A model generated the notes under the pieces. The model made no database searches. It saw only the letters and a list, made by a program, of their open reading frames with translations, and was not told where the DNA came from. Shown piece after piece: positions 17,985 through 30,082 of a stretch of 64,000 nt of DNA (positions are counted from its first letter, which is position 1; each line of letters opens with the position of its first letter). The stretch lies in NCBI GenBank assembly GCA_963842525.1, contig CAWJGT010000019.1, positions 160,001 to 224,000 on the forward strand. The letters are read 5' to 3'. The DNA comes from an uncultured Holophagales bacterium. GTDB lineage: Bacteria; Acidobacteriota; Thermoanaerobaculia; Multivoradales; UBA5704. The position numbers and the translations under genes were made by a program.

Positions 17985-18454
17985 GCGGCGTTCTCGTCGA
18001 CAGCAATGTAATCCTCGATGTAGTGACCGATAATCCTCAGTGGGGGGAGTGGTCTTCCTCCATGCTCGCCCGCTGTGCCGAGAACGGTATCCTGGTCATT
18101 AATCCGATCATCTACGCGGAGGTTTCAGTCGGGTTCGAGCGCATCGAGGATCTCGACGAGATCCTCCCTGCGGATTCGTTCCGCCGGGACCCGCTGCCTT
18201 GGGAGGCCGCCTTCCTTGCCGGTAAATGTTTTCTCGCCTATCGGCGCCGGGGTGGGTCACGTCGTTCGCCCTTGCCCGATTTCTACATCGGCGCCCATGC
18301 GGCCATCACAGGACTGCCCCTCGTGACTCGGGATGCTCGCCGCTACCGCACCTACTTTCCCCATCTGACCCTCCTTGCTCCAGAGGAGAAAAGGTGGAAG
18401 GCTCACCGCACAAGCCCGGCGATGAATCGCCGGGCTAGGAACAGCGCCCCATGA
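17981..18454 (+). CDS. PIN-domain toxin (VapC-like)
   Basis: VLVDSNVILD, NPIIYAEVS, PLPDFYIGAHA, LVTRD. Apparent CTG start overlapping the antitoxin TGA. C-terminus reads on into a repeat. Confidence 0.9.
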   Translation: MSGVLVDSNVILDVVTDNPQWGEWSSSMLARCAENGILVINPIIYAEVSVGFERIEDLDEILPADSFRRDPLPWEAAFLAGKCFLAYRRRGGSRRSPLPDFYIGAHAAITGLPLVTRDARRYRTYFPHLTLLAPEEKRWKAHRTSPAMNRRARNSAP

Positions 18455-18516
18455 ATGGGGCTTGAAGCCGGGTTCACCCGGCGCTGTTCCTAGCCCGGGT
18501 ATTCATGCCCGGGCGG
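18413..18516. repeat. 104-bp four-hairpin palindromic element, copy 1
   Basis: AGCCCGGCGATGAATCGCCGGGCT-AGGAACAGC-GCCCCATGAATGGGGC-TTGAA-GCCGGGTTCACCCGGC-GCTGTTCCT-AGCCCGGGTATTCATGCCCGGGC. Near-identical reverse complement at 37745-37848. Confidence 0.9.
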
Positions 18517-21019
18517 GCTCATCGGCAGCCGCACCTCGAACTCGCTTCCCCTTCCCTCCCCTTCGCTGCGGGCGGTGACCCGGCCGCCGTGCATCTCGAC
18601 GAGGCTGCGCACGAGGGTCAAGCCAATGCCGAGGCCGGCGCCGGTGCGGTCCAGCCCCTGATCGCCCTGGACGAAGAGATCGAAGACCCGCGGCAGGAGC
18701 TCCGGCGCGATCCCTTTGCCGTCGTCGCGGACGCACAGCACGGCCTCGCCCTGGTCGGCGAAGACGAAGACGTCGATCCGGCCGCCCGGGTCTGTGTACT
18801 TGGCGGCGTTGCGCAGGAGGTTGCCCACCACCTGCTCGAGGCGGGTGTTGTCGCCGTCGACCGGCAGGGGCTGCGGCGGGAGGTCGAGCCGCAGTTGGTG
18901 CCGCTGGGCTTCGAGCACCGGGCGCGAGCTTCTCCACGGCATGCTGCACCACTTCGCTCAGGTCGAGGGGCTGGCGCCGCAGCTCCACTTTGCCGCGGGT
19001 GATGCGGGAGACGTCCAGCAGGTCGTCGACCAGCCGGCCGAGGTGCTGGATCTGGCGCTGGATGATGCCCACGGCGCGCTCCTGGGTCGGGGTGAGCGGA
19101 CCGGCCTGATCGAGCAGGTAGGCGGCGTTGGCGATGGCGCCCAGGGGGTTGCGCAGCTCGTGGGCGAGCATGGCCAGGAACTCGTCCTTGCGGCGGTCGG
19201 ACTCGGCCAGCGCCTCGGCGCGGGCGCGCAGCTCGGCCGCCAGCCGCTCGCTCTCGCGGGTGCGTTCGGCCAGGCGGTTGCGCATCTCGCCGAAGGCGGC
19301 GGAGAGGCGGCATACCTCGGAGATGTCGCTGCTGCCGAGCGGTGCCGCGGGATTGCCCGCGGTCATCTGGCTCACGGCGTCGGCCAGGGTGCCGAGCGGG
19401 TGGGCGATCCGCCGCGCCGCGAAGATGCCGCCGGCGACGGCCACGGGCACGACCGCGAGGAGCAAAAGGAAAGCGAGATCCCGCCCCCTGCGGACCCCCG
19501 CGAGCGCGGCCTGCCGCGGCATATCGACGGCCACGGCCCAGCCGATGTACGGGACCTGGGCATAGGCGGCGAGGCGTCCGGCCGGCGAGGGCTTCTCGCC
19601 GCGGAAGACCCGCGCGTCCCAGTCCGTAGGCAGCCGCGGTCCCCGCCTGGCAAGCGGCGCCTTCTCGCTGCTGGCGATCGTCTGCCCGTGACCGTCCGCC
19701 AGGTAGGTGTTCGAGCGGGGCCTCTCGATCCGCCGCTCCAGCGCTTCGGCGTCGACGACGCCCACCAGCACGCCCGCGGGACGGTTGTCGAGCCCTCGCA
19801 CCGGCGCGCAGAGGAGGATGCGCAGGCGCCTCTTGCCGGGCACGTGGGCGAGCTGCACGACGACGCGGTCGTTGTCCTGGGCGCCCGCTGCGACCTCGGG
19901 CCAGCGGACCGCGCTGAGGTCGACCGCTCCCCGGGCGGCCACGACCCGGCCTGCCGGATCGAGCCGGACCAGCGCCTCGAGATCGGGATAGACCTCGAGC
20001 GTCCGGCCGAGGAAGTCATGCACGGCCGCGGTGGACGGCGGCACGCGGCCGGCCACGGCGGCGATCGTCGCGGCACGGGCCGCGCTGAGTTGGATGTAGT
20101 CGGCGACGTTGCGCGCGATCGCCTGCGCCTCGACCTGGCGGGTTTCGGTCACCTGTGCGATGGCGAGCCGCTCCTCCTGGTTGGTGGCGACGGCCGCCGT
20201 GAGGATGAGGGCGAGGGACGTGGCGGTCGCCAGGACGAGGGCGAGGCGGGTACGCAACGCCGCGGTGTCGATCTTGCCCAGACCGCGCGACAGCCAGGGG
20301 AGCAGGGCAAGGCCGAGGCCCAGGCCGAGCGATCCGGCAAGCCCGGTCCACGAGCGGCGGGGCAGGGAGAAGGCCAGCCCATACCAGGCATAGGCCGCGC
20401 CCGTGATCACGTGGGCGGTCCAGAGCAGCCGGCGAGGGGCCGCAGGGCGCAGGTGAGCAACCCCGAGGAGGACTCCGCCGAGCAAGAGGACCACCCCCAG
20501 CTCCGCCAGCCCGCCCCGGTGGACGTCGAAGTAGGCTCCGAACATCCGCGGCAGCAGGAGCATGAGGAGGCCGCTCACCGCGGCGATCGATCCCATCAGC
20601 AGGGCGAACAGGTCGGCGGCGGGCTCCCGCAGCGGTCGCACGGGCGCCACCAGGCCGGCGACCACGGTCCCCGTGCCCAGGATCAGGTGGAAGATGAATC
20701 CCGTCCAGATCCCCGTCTGGCTCAGGCTGGCGGCCAGGGCCAGCAGGGTCCCGCCGGCCAGGACGTGGGCGAAGGCGGTCGCGATCCGCCCGGGCCGGAG
20801 GACGGCTACCGAGAGCAGCGCCACGCCGGCGGCGAGCGCCGTGCCCCCCCAGAGACCCCGGTAGGGGAGGAGGACCTGGTAGGCCGGCCCGGCGAAACGG
20901 TGCGGGGCCACCAGGACGAAGGCACCGACGAAGGCGCAGAAGAGCCCGATGGCCCAGCGCAGACTCTCCGCGCTGAGGCCGGGGCCGGAGCGGAACGGCT
21001 CGTCGCTGTGGTCCTTCAC
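18490..21019 (-). CDS. Membrane sensor histidine kinase (multi-TM, Cache-like, HAMP, HisKA, HATPase), frameshift near 18930
   Basis: [15 protein letters not shown]-box in one frame; [22 protein letters not shown] in the next. Removing one base at 18930-18931 rejoins them. Confidence 0.85.
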
Positions 21020-21042
21020 AACTGGAAAGATATATCCGCTGA

Positions 21043-21258
21043 GAGGGTGTTTGGAAAATTCTGCTGGGGGCGTCGCTTTGGTCCCTCACCCCCGGCCCCT
21101 CTCCCATCCGCACACCCTTCCCCCGGGAGAGGGGAGAAATGCATGATCAGGAAGCTCCTGAGTGGGGGCTCCCCTCTCCCGGGCGGGTGTGAGTGCGGAT
21201 GGGAGAGGGGCCGGGGGTGAGGGACCGGGGCTCGCGCAGGAATTTCCCAAACACCCGC
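21043..21258. mobile_element. MITE with IS5-like termini enclosing a CCCTCACC-family REPIN (21083-21223)
   Basis: Left end GAGGGTGTTTGGAAAATTCTGC, right end (rev-comp) GCGGGTGTTTGGGAAATTCCTGC, flanked on both sides by TGA (21040-42, 21259-61). Confidence 0.75.
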
Positions 21259-21330
21259 TGAGACGCTCCGGTAGAATCCCGGCAACTTTTTTCGACCGGC
21301 CGCGTATCGCGGCCGAGGAGCCGCCTTCAA

Positions 21331-23655
21331 ATGCCTCAGTTGCCTCAGATGTCTTCGTTGTCCCGGAAACCCCGATTCGTCCTGCTCGTCCTGGCCTTGA
21401 CCCTGGCAGCGGCGGTGGCCGCGGCGCCGCCGGCATCCGGAGCTGGCACCCTGGGAACCCCGGAAAATACCCCGCTGCTCGGCTTCAGCGCCGAGCGCGC
21501 CGCCGACCAGCGCGCCCGCGAGGCCCGTTTCGACGCCACCCTGAAGCCCGACAACCTCCGGGAATGGATGCGGCGGCTGTCCGCCCATCCCCACCACGCG
21601 GGGTCTCCCTGGGGCAAGGAGAACGCCGAATTCATGGCGTCGCTCTTCCGCTCCTGGGGCTACGACACCAGCATCGAAGAGTTCCAGGTCCTCTTCCCCA
21701 CCCCCAAGGTGCGGGTCCTCGAAATGGTCGCCCCGACCCGGTTCCAGGCGTCGCTCTCCGAGCCGCCGGTCGCCGGCGATTCCACCTCGGGCCAGACCGC
21801 CGAGCAGCTTCCGATCTTCAACGCCTACTCGCGGGACGGCGACGTCACCGGCGACCTGGTCTTCGTCAACTGGGGCGTGCCGGCGGACTACGAGGAGCTC
21901 GAGCGCCGCGGCGTCGACGTCCGCGGCAAGATCGTGCTGGCCCGGTACGGCGGCTCCTGGCGCGGCATCAAGCCCAAAGTGGCCGCCGAGCACGGCGCCA
22001 TCGGCTGCATCATCTACTCCGACCCGCGGGAGGACGGCTACCTGCAGGGCGAACCATATCCCAAGGGCGGCTGGCGGCCCGACCGCGGCGCCCAGCGGGG
22101 ATCGGTGGCCGACATGCCGATCCATCCCGGCGATCCCCAGACCCCTGGGGTTGGCTCGACTCAGGATGCCAAAAGGCTTTCCTTGCAGGAAGCGACGACC
22201 ATCACCAGGATCCCGGTGCTGCCGATCTCCTACGCCGACGCCCTGCCGCTGCTCCAGGCCCTCGGCGGCCCCATGGCGCCACAGGACTGGCGCGGCGCGC
22301 TGCCCGTCCCCTACCGGCTGGGCCCCGGCCCGGCCCGGGTCCATCTGAAATTGGAGTTCGACTGGAAGCAGGTGCCCGCCTACGACGTCATCGCCCGGCT
22401 CCAGGGCTCCGAGCTCCCGGATCAGTGGATCGTGCGCGGCAACCACCACGACGGCTGGGTCAACGGCGCCACCGACCCGATCAGCGGCATGGTCGCTCTT
22501 CTGGAAGAAGCCCGGGCCGTGGGCGAGCTCGCCAAGAGCGGCTGGCGTCCACGGCGGACCATCGTCTACGCCGCCTGGGACGCCGAGGAGCCCGGCCTGC
22601 TCGGCTCGGTCGAATGGGCCGAGACCCACGCCGACCTGCTGCGCGAGCACGCCGTCGCCTACATCAACTCGGACTCCAACTCCCGCGGCTTCCTCGACAT
22701 CGGCGGCTCGCACACCCTGGAGCTGCTGGTCAACCAGGTGGCCCGCGATGTGACCGATCCGGAGAAGGGGATCAGCGTGGCCGACCGCACCAGGGCGGCC
22801 GTCGTTCTCTTCGGCTCCCCCGAAGAGCGCCGGGAGGCGCGGTCGAGCCAGTCGTTCCGCATCTATCCGCTGGGCTCGGGATCGGACTACACGCCGTTCC
22901 TGCAGCACCTCGGGATCGCCTCGATCAACCTCGGCTACGGCGGCGAGGACGAATACGGGCAGTACCATTCGATCTACGACACCTTCGACCACTATGTCCG
23001 GTTCATGGACCCGAAATTCGAGTACGGGGTCGCCCTGGCCAAGACCGCGGGGCGGCTCGTCCTGCGCCTCGCCGACGCCGACGTCCTGCCCTTCGACCTC
23101 AGCCGTTTCAATGCCACGGTTGCGCGCTATGCCGACGAGGTCGTGAAGCTGGCGGACGATCTGCGGGGCGAGGCGGAGGAGCGCAACCGGCGCCTCGAGG
23201 ACAAGGCCTACCAGGCGGTCGACGACCCGACCCAGACCTGGGTGGCGCCGAAGCCGCTCGACCCTGTGCCCTTCCTCAACTTCGCGCCGCTGCGCAACGC
23301 CCTGGCGGCGCTGGAGACGAGCACCCGGGCCTGGGAACGGGCGCGGGACGCCAGGGAGTCGGGCGGCAAGCCCCTTGCAGCCGCCGAACGGAAGCGGCTC
23401 GACGAGATCCTGATGAAGACCGAGCGCGCCCTGACCCGGCGCGAGGGCCTGCCCGGCCGGCCATGGTACGTCCACCACATCTACGCCCCCGGCTTCTACA
23501 CCGGCTACGGGGTGAAGACCCTGCCCACCGTGCGCGAGGCCATCGAGCAGCGGAAGTGGAAGGAAGCCGAGGACCAGATCGTCATCCTGGCCGGCGTCCT
23601 CCAGGGCTTCGCCAAGGAGGTCGACCGCGCGACGGCAATCCTGGCCGGGAAATGA
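21331..23655 (+). CDS. M28 family peptidase (glutamate carboxypeptidase II-like; PA and TfR-dimer domains), secreted
   Basis: Signal peptide, PHHAGS, GNHHDGWVNGATDP, WDAEEPGLLGS, LGSGSDY, YHSIYD. Confidence 0.93.
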   Translation: MPQLPQMSSLSRKPRFVLLVLALTLAAAVAAAPPASGAGTLGTPENTPLLGFSAERAADQRAREARFDATLKPDNLREWMRRLSAHPHHAGSPWGKENAEFMASLFRSWGYDTSIEEFQVLFPTPKVRVLEMVAPTRFQASLSEPPVAGDSTSGQTAEQLPIFNAYSRDGDVTGDLVFVNWGVPADYEELERRGVDVRGKIVLARYGGSWRGIKPKVAAEHGAIGCIIYSDPREDGYLQGEPYPKGGWRPDRGAQRGSVADMPIHPGDPQTPGVGSTQDAKRLSLQEATTITRIPVLPISYADALPLLQALGGPMAPQDWRGALPVPYRLGPGPARVHLKLEFDWKQVPAYDVIARLQGSELPDQWIVRGNHHDGWVNGATDPISGMVALLEEARAVGELAKSGWRPRRTIVYAAWDAEEPGLLGSVEWAETHADLLREHAVAYINSDSNSRGFLDIGGSHTLELLVNQVARDVTDPEKGISVADRTRAAVVLFGSPEERREARSSQSFRIYPLGSGSDYTPFLQHLGIASINLGYGGEDEYGQYHSIYDTFDHYVRFMDPKFEYGVALAKTAGRLVLRLADADVLPFDLSRFNATVARYADEVVKLADDLRGEAEERNRRLEDKAYQAVDDPTQTWVAPKPLDPVPFLNFAPLRNALAALETSTRAWERARDARESGGKPLAAAERKRLDEILMKTERALTRREGLPGRPWYVHHIYAPGFYTGYGVKTLPTVREAIEQRKWKEAEDQIVILAGVLQGFAKEVDRATAILAGK

Positions 23656-23760
23656 AATGCCTAGCTTAAGACCCGACACCCGCGGGTTGCGGCGACGACC
23701 GCTTCCTTGTCTATGTAGATAGAGAGGGCCGCATCTGATCAGCGGAGCGGCGGCGAAGCC

Positions 23761-25245
23761 ATGAATATCGTACTCCTCACACCGGCACGACGCTTCATCG
23801 CCAATCGGGCGGGTCTGGGCTACCAGATCCCGCTCGGGCTCGTGTTCATCGGCGGCGCACTGATCGACGCCGGCCACCGGGTCAGGCTGATCGACAACGA
23901 CATGCTGGGCTGGGATGACGCACGGCTGGCCGCCGAGCTCGCGGACGACCCGCCCGACTGCATCATGATCGGCCACACCAGCTCCACGGCGGCCCATCCG
24001 GTGGCCATGCGGACCGCCGCGGCCTTGCGCAGGGCCTTTCCGCAAGCGGTTCTGGTCTACGGCGGCGTCTATCCCAGCTATACGGCGCGCGAGGTGCTGG
24101 ACGCCAACCCTTGTCTGGACGTCGTGGTCCAGGGAGAAGGGGAGGAGACCGTCGTCGATCTCGCCGCGGTGCTGGCGAGCGGCCGTGAGGCGCTTCACCC
24201 GGTGCGCGGCATCACCTGGCGCTCCGCGGAGGGCATCGTCGGCAATCCCGGCCGGCCGCCCATCGCGGACCTGGACCGGTATCGGCCCGGTTGGGAGCTG
24301 GTCGACTGGCCGAGATACGAGCTCTTTGGCTTCGGGCGATCCGCGGGCATGCAGCTCAGCCGCGGCTGTCCGCTGACCTGCACCTATTGCGGCCAGTGGA
24401 GCTTCTGGCGCAAGTGGCGTCACCGCAGCCCGGCGGAGGTGGCGGACCAGTTGGAGATCCTGGCGCGCCGCTATGGCGTCCGCATCGTCTGGTTTGCGGA
24501 CGAGAGCTTCGCGGCCGACCGCGACACCGCACGACAGACCCTGGAGCTCGTGGCAGCGCGCAACCTGGGGCTCTCGCTCAACCTGAACATGACGGCGGCC
24601 GACGTGGTGCGGGATGCGGACCTGCTGCCCCTCTACAAGCAGGCAGGGGTCGACAACGTCATCATGGGTGTCGAGTCCCTGGACGACCCGACGGTCGCCA
24701 GGGTCCGTAAGAACAACCCCTATGCCATCAGCCGGGAAGCGACCCGGCTCTTGCGGGCCCACGGCATCGTCGGCCTGGCGAACATCATCTATGGTCTGGA
24801 GGAAGAGAGCCTGGGCTCCCTGTGGCGAACCTTCCGCGGCGTCTTCGCGCTCGACCCGGACATCCTCAACGCGGTCTATCTCACCCCGCATCATTGGACT
24901 GTGGCCGGCCGCGAGACCGCGGCGCGCCAGATCATCCAGCCGGATCAACACTACTGGACCTATCGCAACCAGGTGGTCTCGACGCCGCGGCTTCGGCCGT
25001 GGCAGCTCTTTGCCGGCATCAAGCTCACCGAGGCGCTGTTCCACCTGCGCCCGCGGGCGCTCTGGCGCATGGCCTTCGGTCGCGACACCCGTTATCGCAA
25101 GCTGCTGCGGGCCTATTTCGCCGTGGGCCTGCGCGTCTTTTTCGCCGAGATCCAGGAGGCCGCCTTCAGCGCCAGGCTCGTCGACGCCGGCGCCCTCGGC
25201 GCGATCCCGGGCTTCCCGGCCCGGCAGCTTCCGGCGCCGCGGTGA
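23761..25245 (+). CDS. B12-binding radical SAM protein (BchE-like)
   Basis: PLGLVFIGG and GGVYPS B12-binding region, SRGCPLTCTYC, FADE, MGVES, LTPHHWT. Confidence 0.85.
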   Translation: MNIVLLTPARRFIANRAGLGYQIPLGLVFIGGALIDAGHRVRLIDNDMLGWDDARLAAELADDPPDCIMIGHTSSTAAHPVAMRTAAALRRAFPQAVLVYGGVYPSYTAREVLDANPCLDVVVQGEGEETVVDLAAVLASGREALHPVRGITWRSAEGIVGNPGRPPIADLDRYRPGWELVDWPRYELFGFGRSAGMQLSRGCPLTCTYCGQWSFWRKWRHRSPAEVADQLEILARRYGVRIVWFADESFAADRDTARQTLELVAARNLGLSLNLNMTAADVVRDADLLPLYKQAGVDNVIMGVESLDDPTVARVRKNNPYAISREATRLLRAHGIVGLANIIYGLEEESLGSLWRTFRGVFALDPDILNAVYLTPHHWTVAGRETAARQIIQPDQHYWTYRNQVVSTPRLRPWQLFAGIKLTEALFHLRPRALWRMAFGRDTRYRKLLRAYFAVGLRVFFAEIQEAAFSARLVDAGALGAIPGFPARQLPAPR

Positions 25246-25260
25246 AGAGATCCTCCGGGC

Positions 25261-26907
25261 TCAGAGGAGAGAGCCGCTCCCACCCAACAGGTAGTTGCGG
25301 ACGAGCGGGATCGGCGGGCCGCCGCAGGCCAGGAACTGGTCGTGGAGCTCGCGCCAGGCTTTCCGATCGCAGCTTGCAACGCCGTGGCTTGCGGTCCAGT
25401 CCGCGCGCAGCTTGCGGACCATGAGCTTGCCGAGGGTGTAGTTGAGGTAGGGAGGGTCGAAGGTGCCGCGGGCCGCTTGCTGGCGGGCGTTGGCCGCGTC
25501 CTGGAAGGCCTGCTCGCGGAACATCCGCTCGGCTTCGGCCACCGCCAGGCCGCCGGTGTGAAGCCCGAGGGCCACCAGGTAGCGGACGTTGCGCAGCAGC
25601 GCGTTCTGGAGCTGGCCGATGCGCAGTGCCGGGTCGCCGTCGCCGAAGCCCGCTTCCCACATCAGCTCCTCGGAGTAGTGCGCCCAGCCCTCGGCATAGC
25701 CGTAGCCCACGAACAGGCGGCCGACCTCGGACACGGCGCGGTTGGAGTGGAGGAACTGCAGGAAGTGGCCCGGCCACACCTCGTGGATCGTGACGAACAG
25801 GAGGTCGGCGCGGCCCGGCAGGTAGGCGGCGCGCTCCTCGGGCGACCAGGAGGCGTCCGGGGGCGAGATGTAGTAGATGGATGGCAGATGCCGGTCGTAG
25901 GGTCCCGGGATGTCGATGTACGCCGAGTTCCAGCGCTGATAGGGCGGCGCCTCGGCGATGAGCGCCTGCTCGTTGCCGGGGATCGAGACCAGCTCCTTCT
26001 CCTCGACGAAGCAGCGGAGGTCGGCGAGCTGGCGGCGGGCCGCTTCGACCGGACCCTCCGGCGGCTTCTCCGCCTGGATCGCGTCCACGCATTCTTCGAT
26101 CGGCCGGCCGGGGGCATAGGCGGCGCAGGCCTCGCGCAGGGCGGCGAGATTGCGCTCGAGCTCGCGGCGGCCGGCCGCTTCTAGCTCGGCGAGGGGGACT
26201 TCGACCCGCTCGGTGTCGCGCAACATGCGGCGGTACCGCTCGGGTCCGAAAGCGAAGTCCCCGTCGCCCTCGCCGGCCGCCTCCTTGCGGGCCGTGAACC
26301 AGGCTCCCAGGTCGCGCATGGCTGCGGCGGCGGCGGCGTTGGCGGTCCGCATCTCCTCCTGGAGCCCCGGGTCTGCGACCGCGGCGAAGATCGGCGGCAC
26401 GTCTTTCTCGTAATAGCCGGCGAGGCCGCCCAGGGTCATCTCGCCGAGCCGGGCGAAGGTGCGCGGCAGGGCCGTCTCTTCCAGGTTGACGCGGATCTGC
26501 CCGGCGGCGCGCGGCACGGCCCGAGCGTACTCGATATAGGCGCGCATCCGCTGCTCCAGAGGTGCGTAGTCGCGCGTCAGGTACATGGCGGGGTCCAGCG
26601 GCCCGGTGTAGACGATGGGGTTGCGGTGGTAGAGGTCGGCATCCGCCATCCAGAAGAGGTCGGCGTCGATCTGAGCGAGGAGGTGCTCGCGCTCCAGGCC
26701 AAGCGGTCCCTCCAGGGACGAGAAGGCCTGGGCCTGCTCACGCTGCTCGCGCATCCAGGCCACCTTGTACACCAGCCCCTCGGGGCTCCAGTCCGGCAGC
26801 CGGCCGTCGTGCTCGTGCCGGCCCGCTCCGGCGGCGAAGGTGGGGTGCAGCTCGAAGTACTCGTCCACGAAGGATGTGACGAAACGACGCCAATCTGCCT
26901 CGCTCAT
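25261..26907 (-). CDS. DUF885 family protein (putative metallopeptidase)
   Basis: GRHEHDGRLPDWS, IHEVWPGHFLQ, AEGWAHYSE, YTLGK. Confidence 0.9.
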   Translation of the reverse strand: MSEADWRRFVTSFVDEYFELHPTFAAGAGRHEHDGRLPDWSPEGLVYKVAWMREQREQAQAFSSLEGPLGLEREHLLAQIDADLFWMADADLYHRNPIVYTGPLDPAMYLTRDYAPLEQRMRAYIEYARAVPRAAGQIRVNLEETALPRTFARLGEMTLGGLAGYYEKDVPPIFAAVADPGLQEEMRTANAAAAAAMRDLGAWFTARKEAAGEGDGDFAFGPERYRRMLRDTERVEVPLAELEAAGRRELERNLAALREACAAYAPGRPIEECVDAIQAEKPPEGPVEAARRQLADLRCFVEEKELVSIPGNEQALIAEAPPYQRWNSAYIDIPGPYDRHLPSIYYISPPDASWSPEERAAYLPGRADLLFVTIHEVWPGHFLQFLHSNRAVSEVGRLFVGYGYAEGWAHYSEELMWEAGFGDGDPALRIGQLQNALLRNVRYLVALGLHTGGLAVAEAERMFREQAFQDAANARQQAARGTFDPPYLNYTLGKLMVRKLRADWTASHGVASCDRKAWRELHDQFLACGGPPIPLVRNYLLGGSGSLL

Positions 26908-27376
26908 AGCGGCAGAGTCTATCCGCAGAGGGAACCGCAAAGCTGTGATCTGCGGCACACGGGCTTGCTGTAGCATCTGATCATGTCGAAACAGACCTAT
27001 GCGACCCACCGGAAGATCGTCCCGGGGTTCCATTTTGTGACCCTCGGCATCCTGGCCATCAACCTCATCTGGTCCGTGGTCCGGCTGTTCAGCGGGGCCG
27101 GCATGCCGCTCGCGGACCGCGTCATCGCCTTTCTGACGGCCCTGGGGCTCGCGCTCCTGGCCTTCTACGCCCGCACGTTCGCCTTGCGGGTGCAGGACCG
27201 GGTGATCCGCCTGGAGGAACGGCTGCGGCTGGCCGAGCTGCTCCCGGCCGATCTCCGGCCGCGGATCGGCGAGCTGAGGCCCCGGCAGCTCCTTGGGCTG
27301 CGCTTCGCGAGCGACGAGGAGCTGCCCGAGCTGACCCGCAAGGTGCTGGACGAGCGGATCGCGAGCGCGAACGAGA

Positions 27377-29256
<1,880 letters not shown>

Positions 29257-29441
29257 TTATCGGTAAAGTCCCGTTCCCTCAAGCATTTTCGACGTTTGAA
29301 GCAAACCCGATGCCGGAAACCGCGACGCTGCCCCTCCCGAGAGTGCTCCGGACGGGCTTTTGCTTTCGCCCTGCGTGCTAGACTCCCGGCCCGTAAAAAA
29401 CGCCGACCCAACCGCCAATTGACCTCCAATTAACCTCCGAC

Positions 29442-30071
29442 ATGGCCCCGCTCTTCCGTCGCAAACCGCCTACCCGCCTGCACATCGGCGCCGGCCGCGA
29501 GCGGCTGGAGGGGTGGGTCAACGTCGACATCCAGGCCCTGCCCGGGGTGGACGTGGTGGCCGACGTCACCCAGGGGCTTCAGTTCTCGGACGTCGAGGCG
29601 GTCTTCGCCGAGCATTTCCTCGAGCACCTGGCGATCGACGACGCCATCAAGTTCCTGCTCGAATCACACCGCGTGCTGCGGCCCGGCGGCTGGCTGCGGC
29701 TGTCGACTCCCAACCTGGACTGGGTCTGGACCACGCACTACCGGCTGGACCTCGACGGCGAGGGGAAGCGGCAGGCCGCCCTGGTGCTCAACCGCGCCTT
29801 CCACGGCTGGCGTCACCAGTTCCTGTGGAACCGGCAGATCCTGGGCGAGGTGCTGGCGGCCTGCGGCTTCGATCCGGTGTCCTGGCGCCGCTACGGCGAG
29901 AGCGACCTCCCCATCTTCCAGGGAATCGAGCGCCACGAGACCTACGAGGATGCGCCCGACCTCCCCCACGTGATCATCGCCGAGGCGCGCAAGGCCGCGC
30001 CGCGGCCGGATTTGCTGGAGAGCTTCCGCGGCCTGGTGCAGCGGGAATTCCTTCAGCACATGGCGGATTAG
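29442..30071 (+). CDS. SAM-dependent methyltransferase domain protein
   Basis: LHIGAG, WVNVD, HFLEHL, RVLRPGGWLRLSTP. Confidence 0.82.
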   Translation: MAPLFRRKPPTRLHIGAGRERLEGWVNVDIQALPGVDVVADVTQGLQFSDVEAVFAEHFLEHLAIDDAIKFLLESHRVLRPGGWLRLSTPNLDWVWTTHYRLDLDGEGKRQAALVLNRAFHGWRHQFLWNRQILGEVLAACGFDPVSWRRYGESDLPIFQGIERHETYEDAPDLPHVIIAEARKAAPRPDLLESFRGLVQREFLQHMAD

Positions 30072-30082
30072 ACTCGCTCTCC

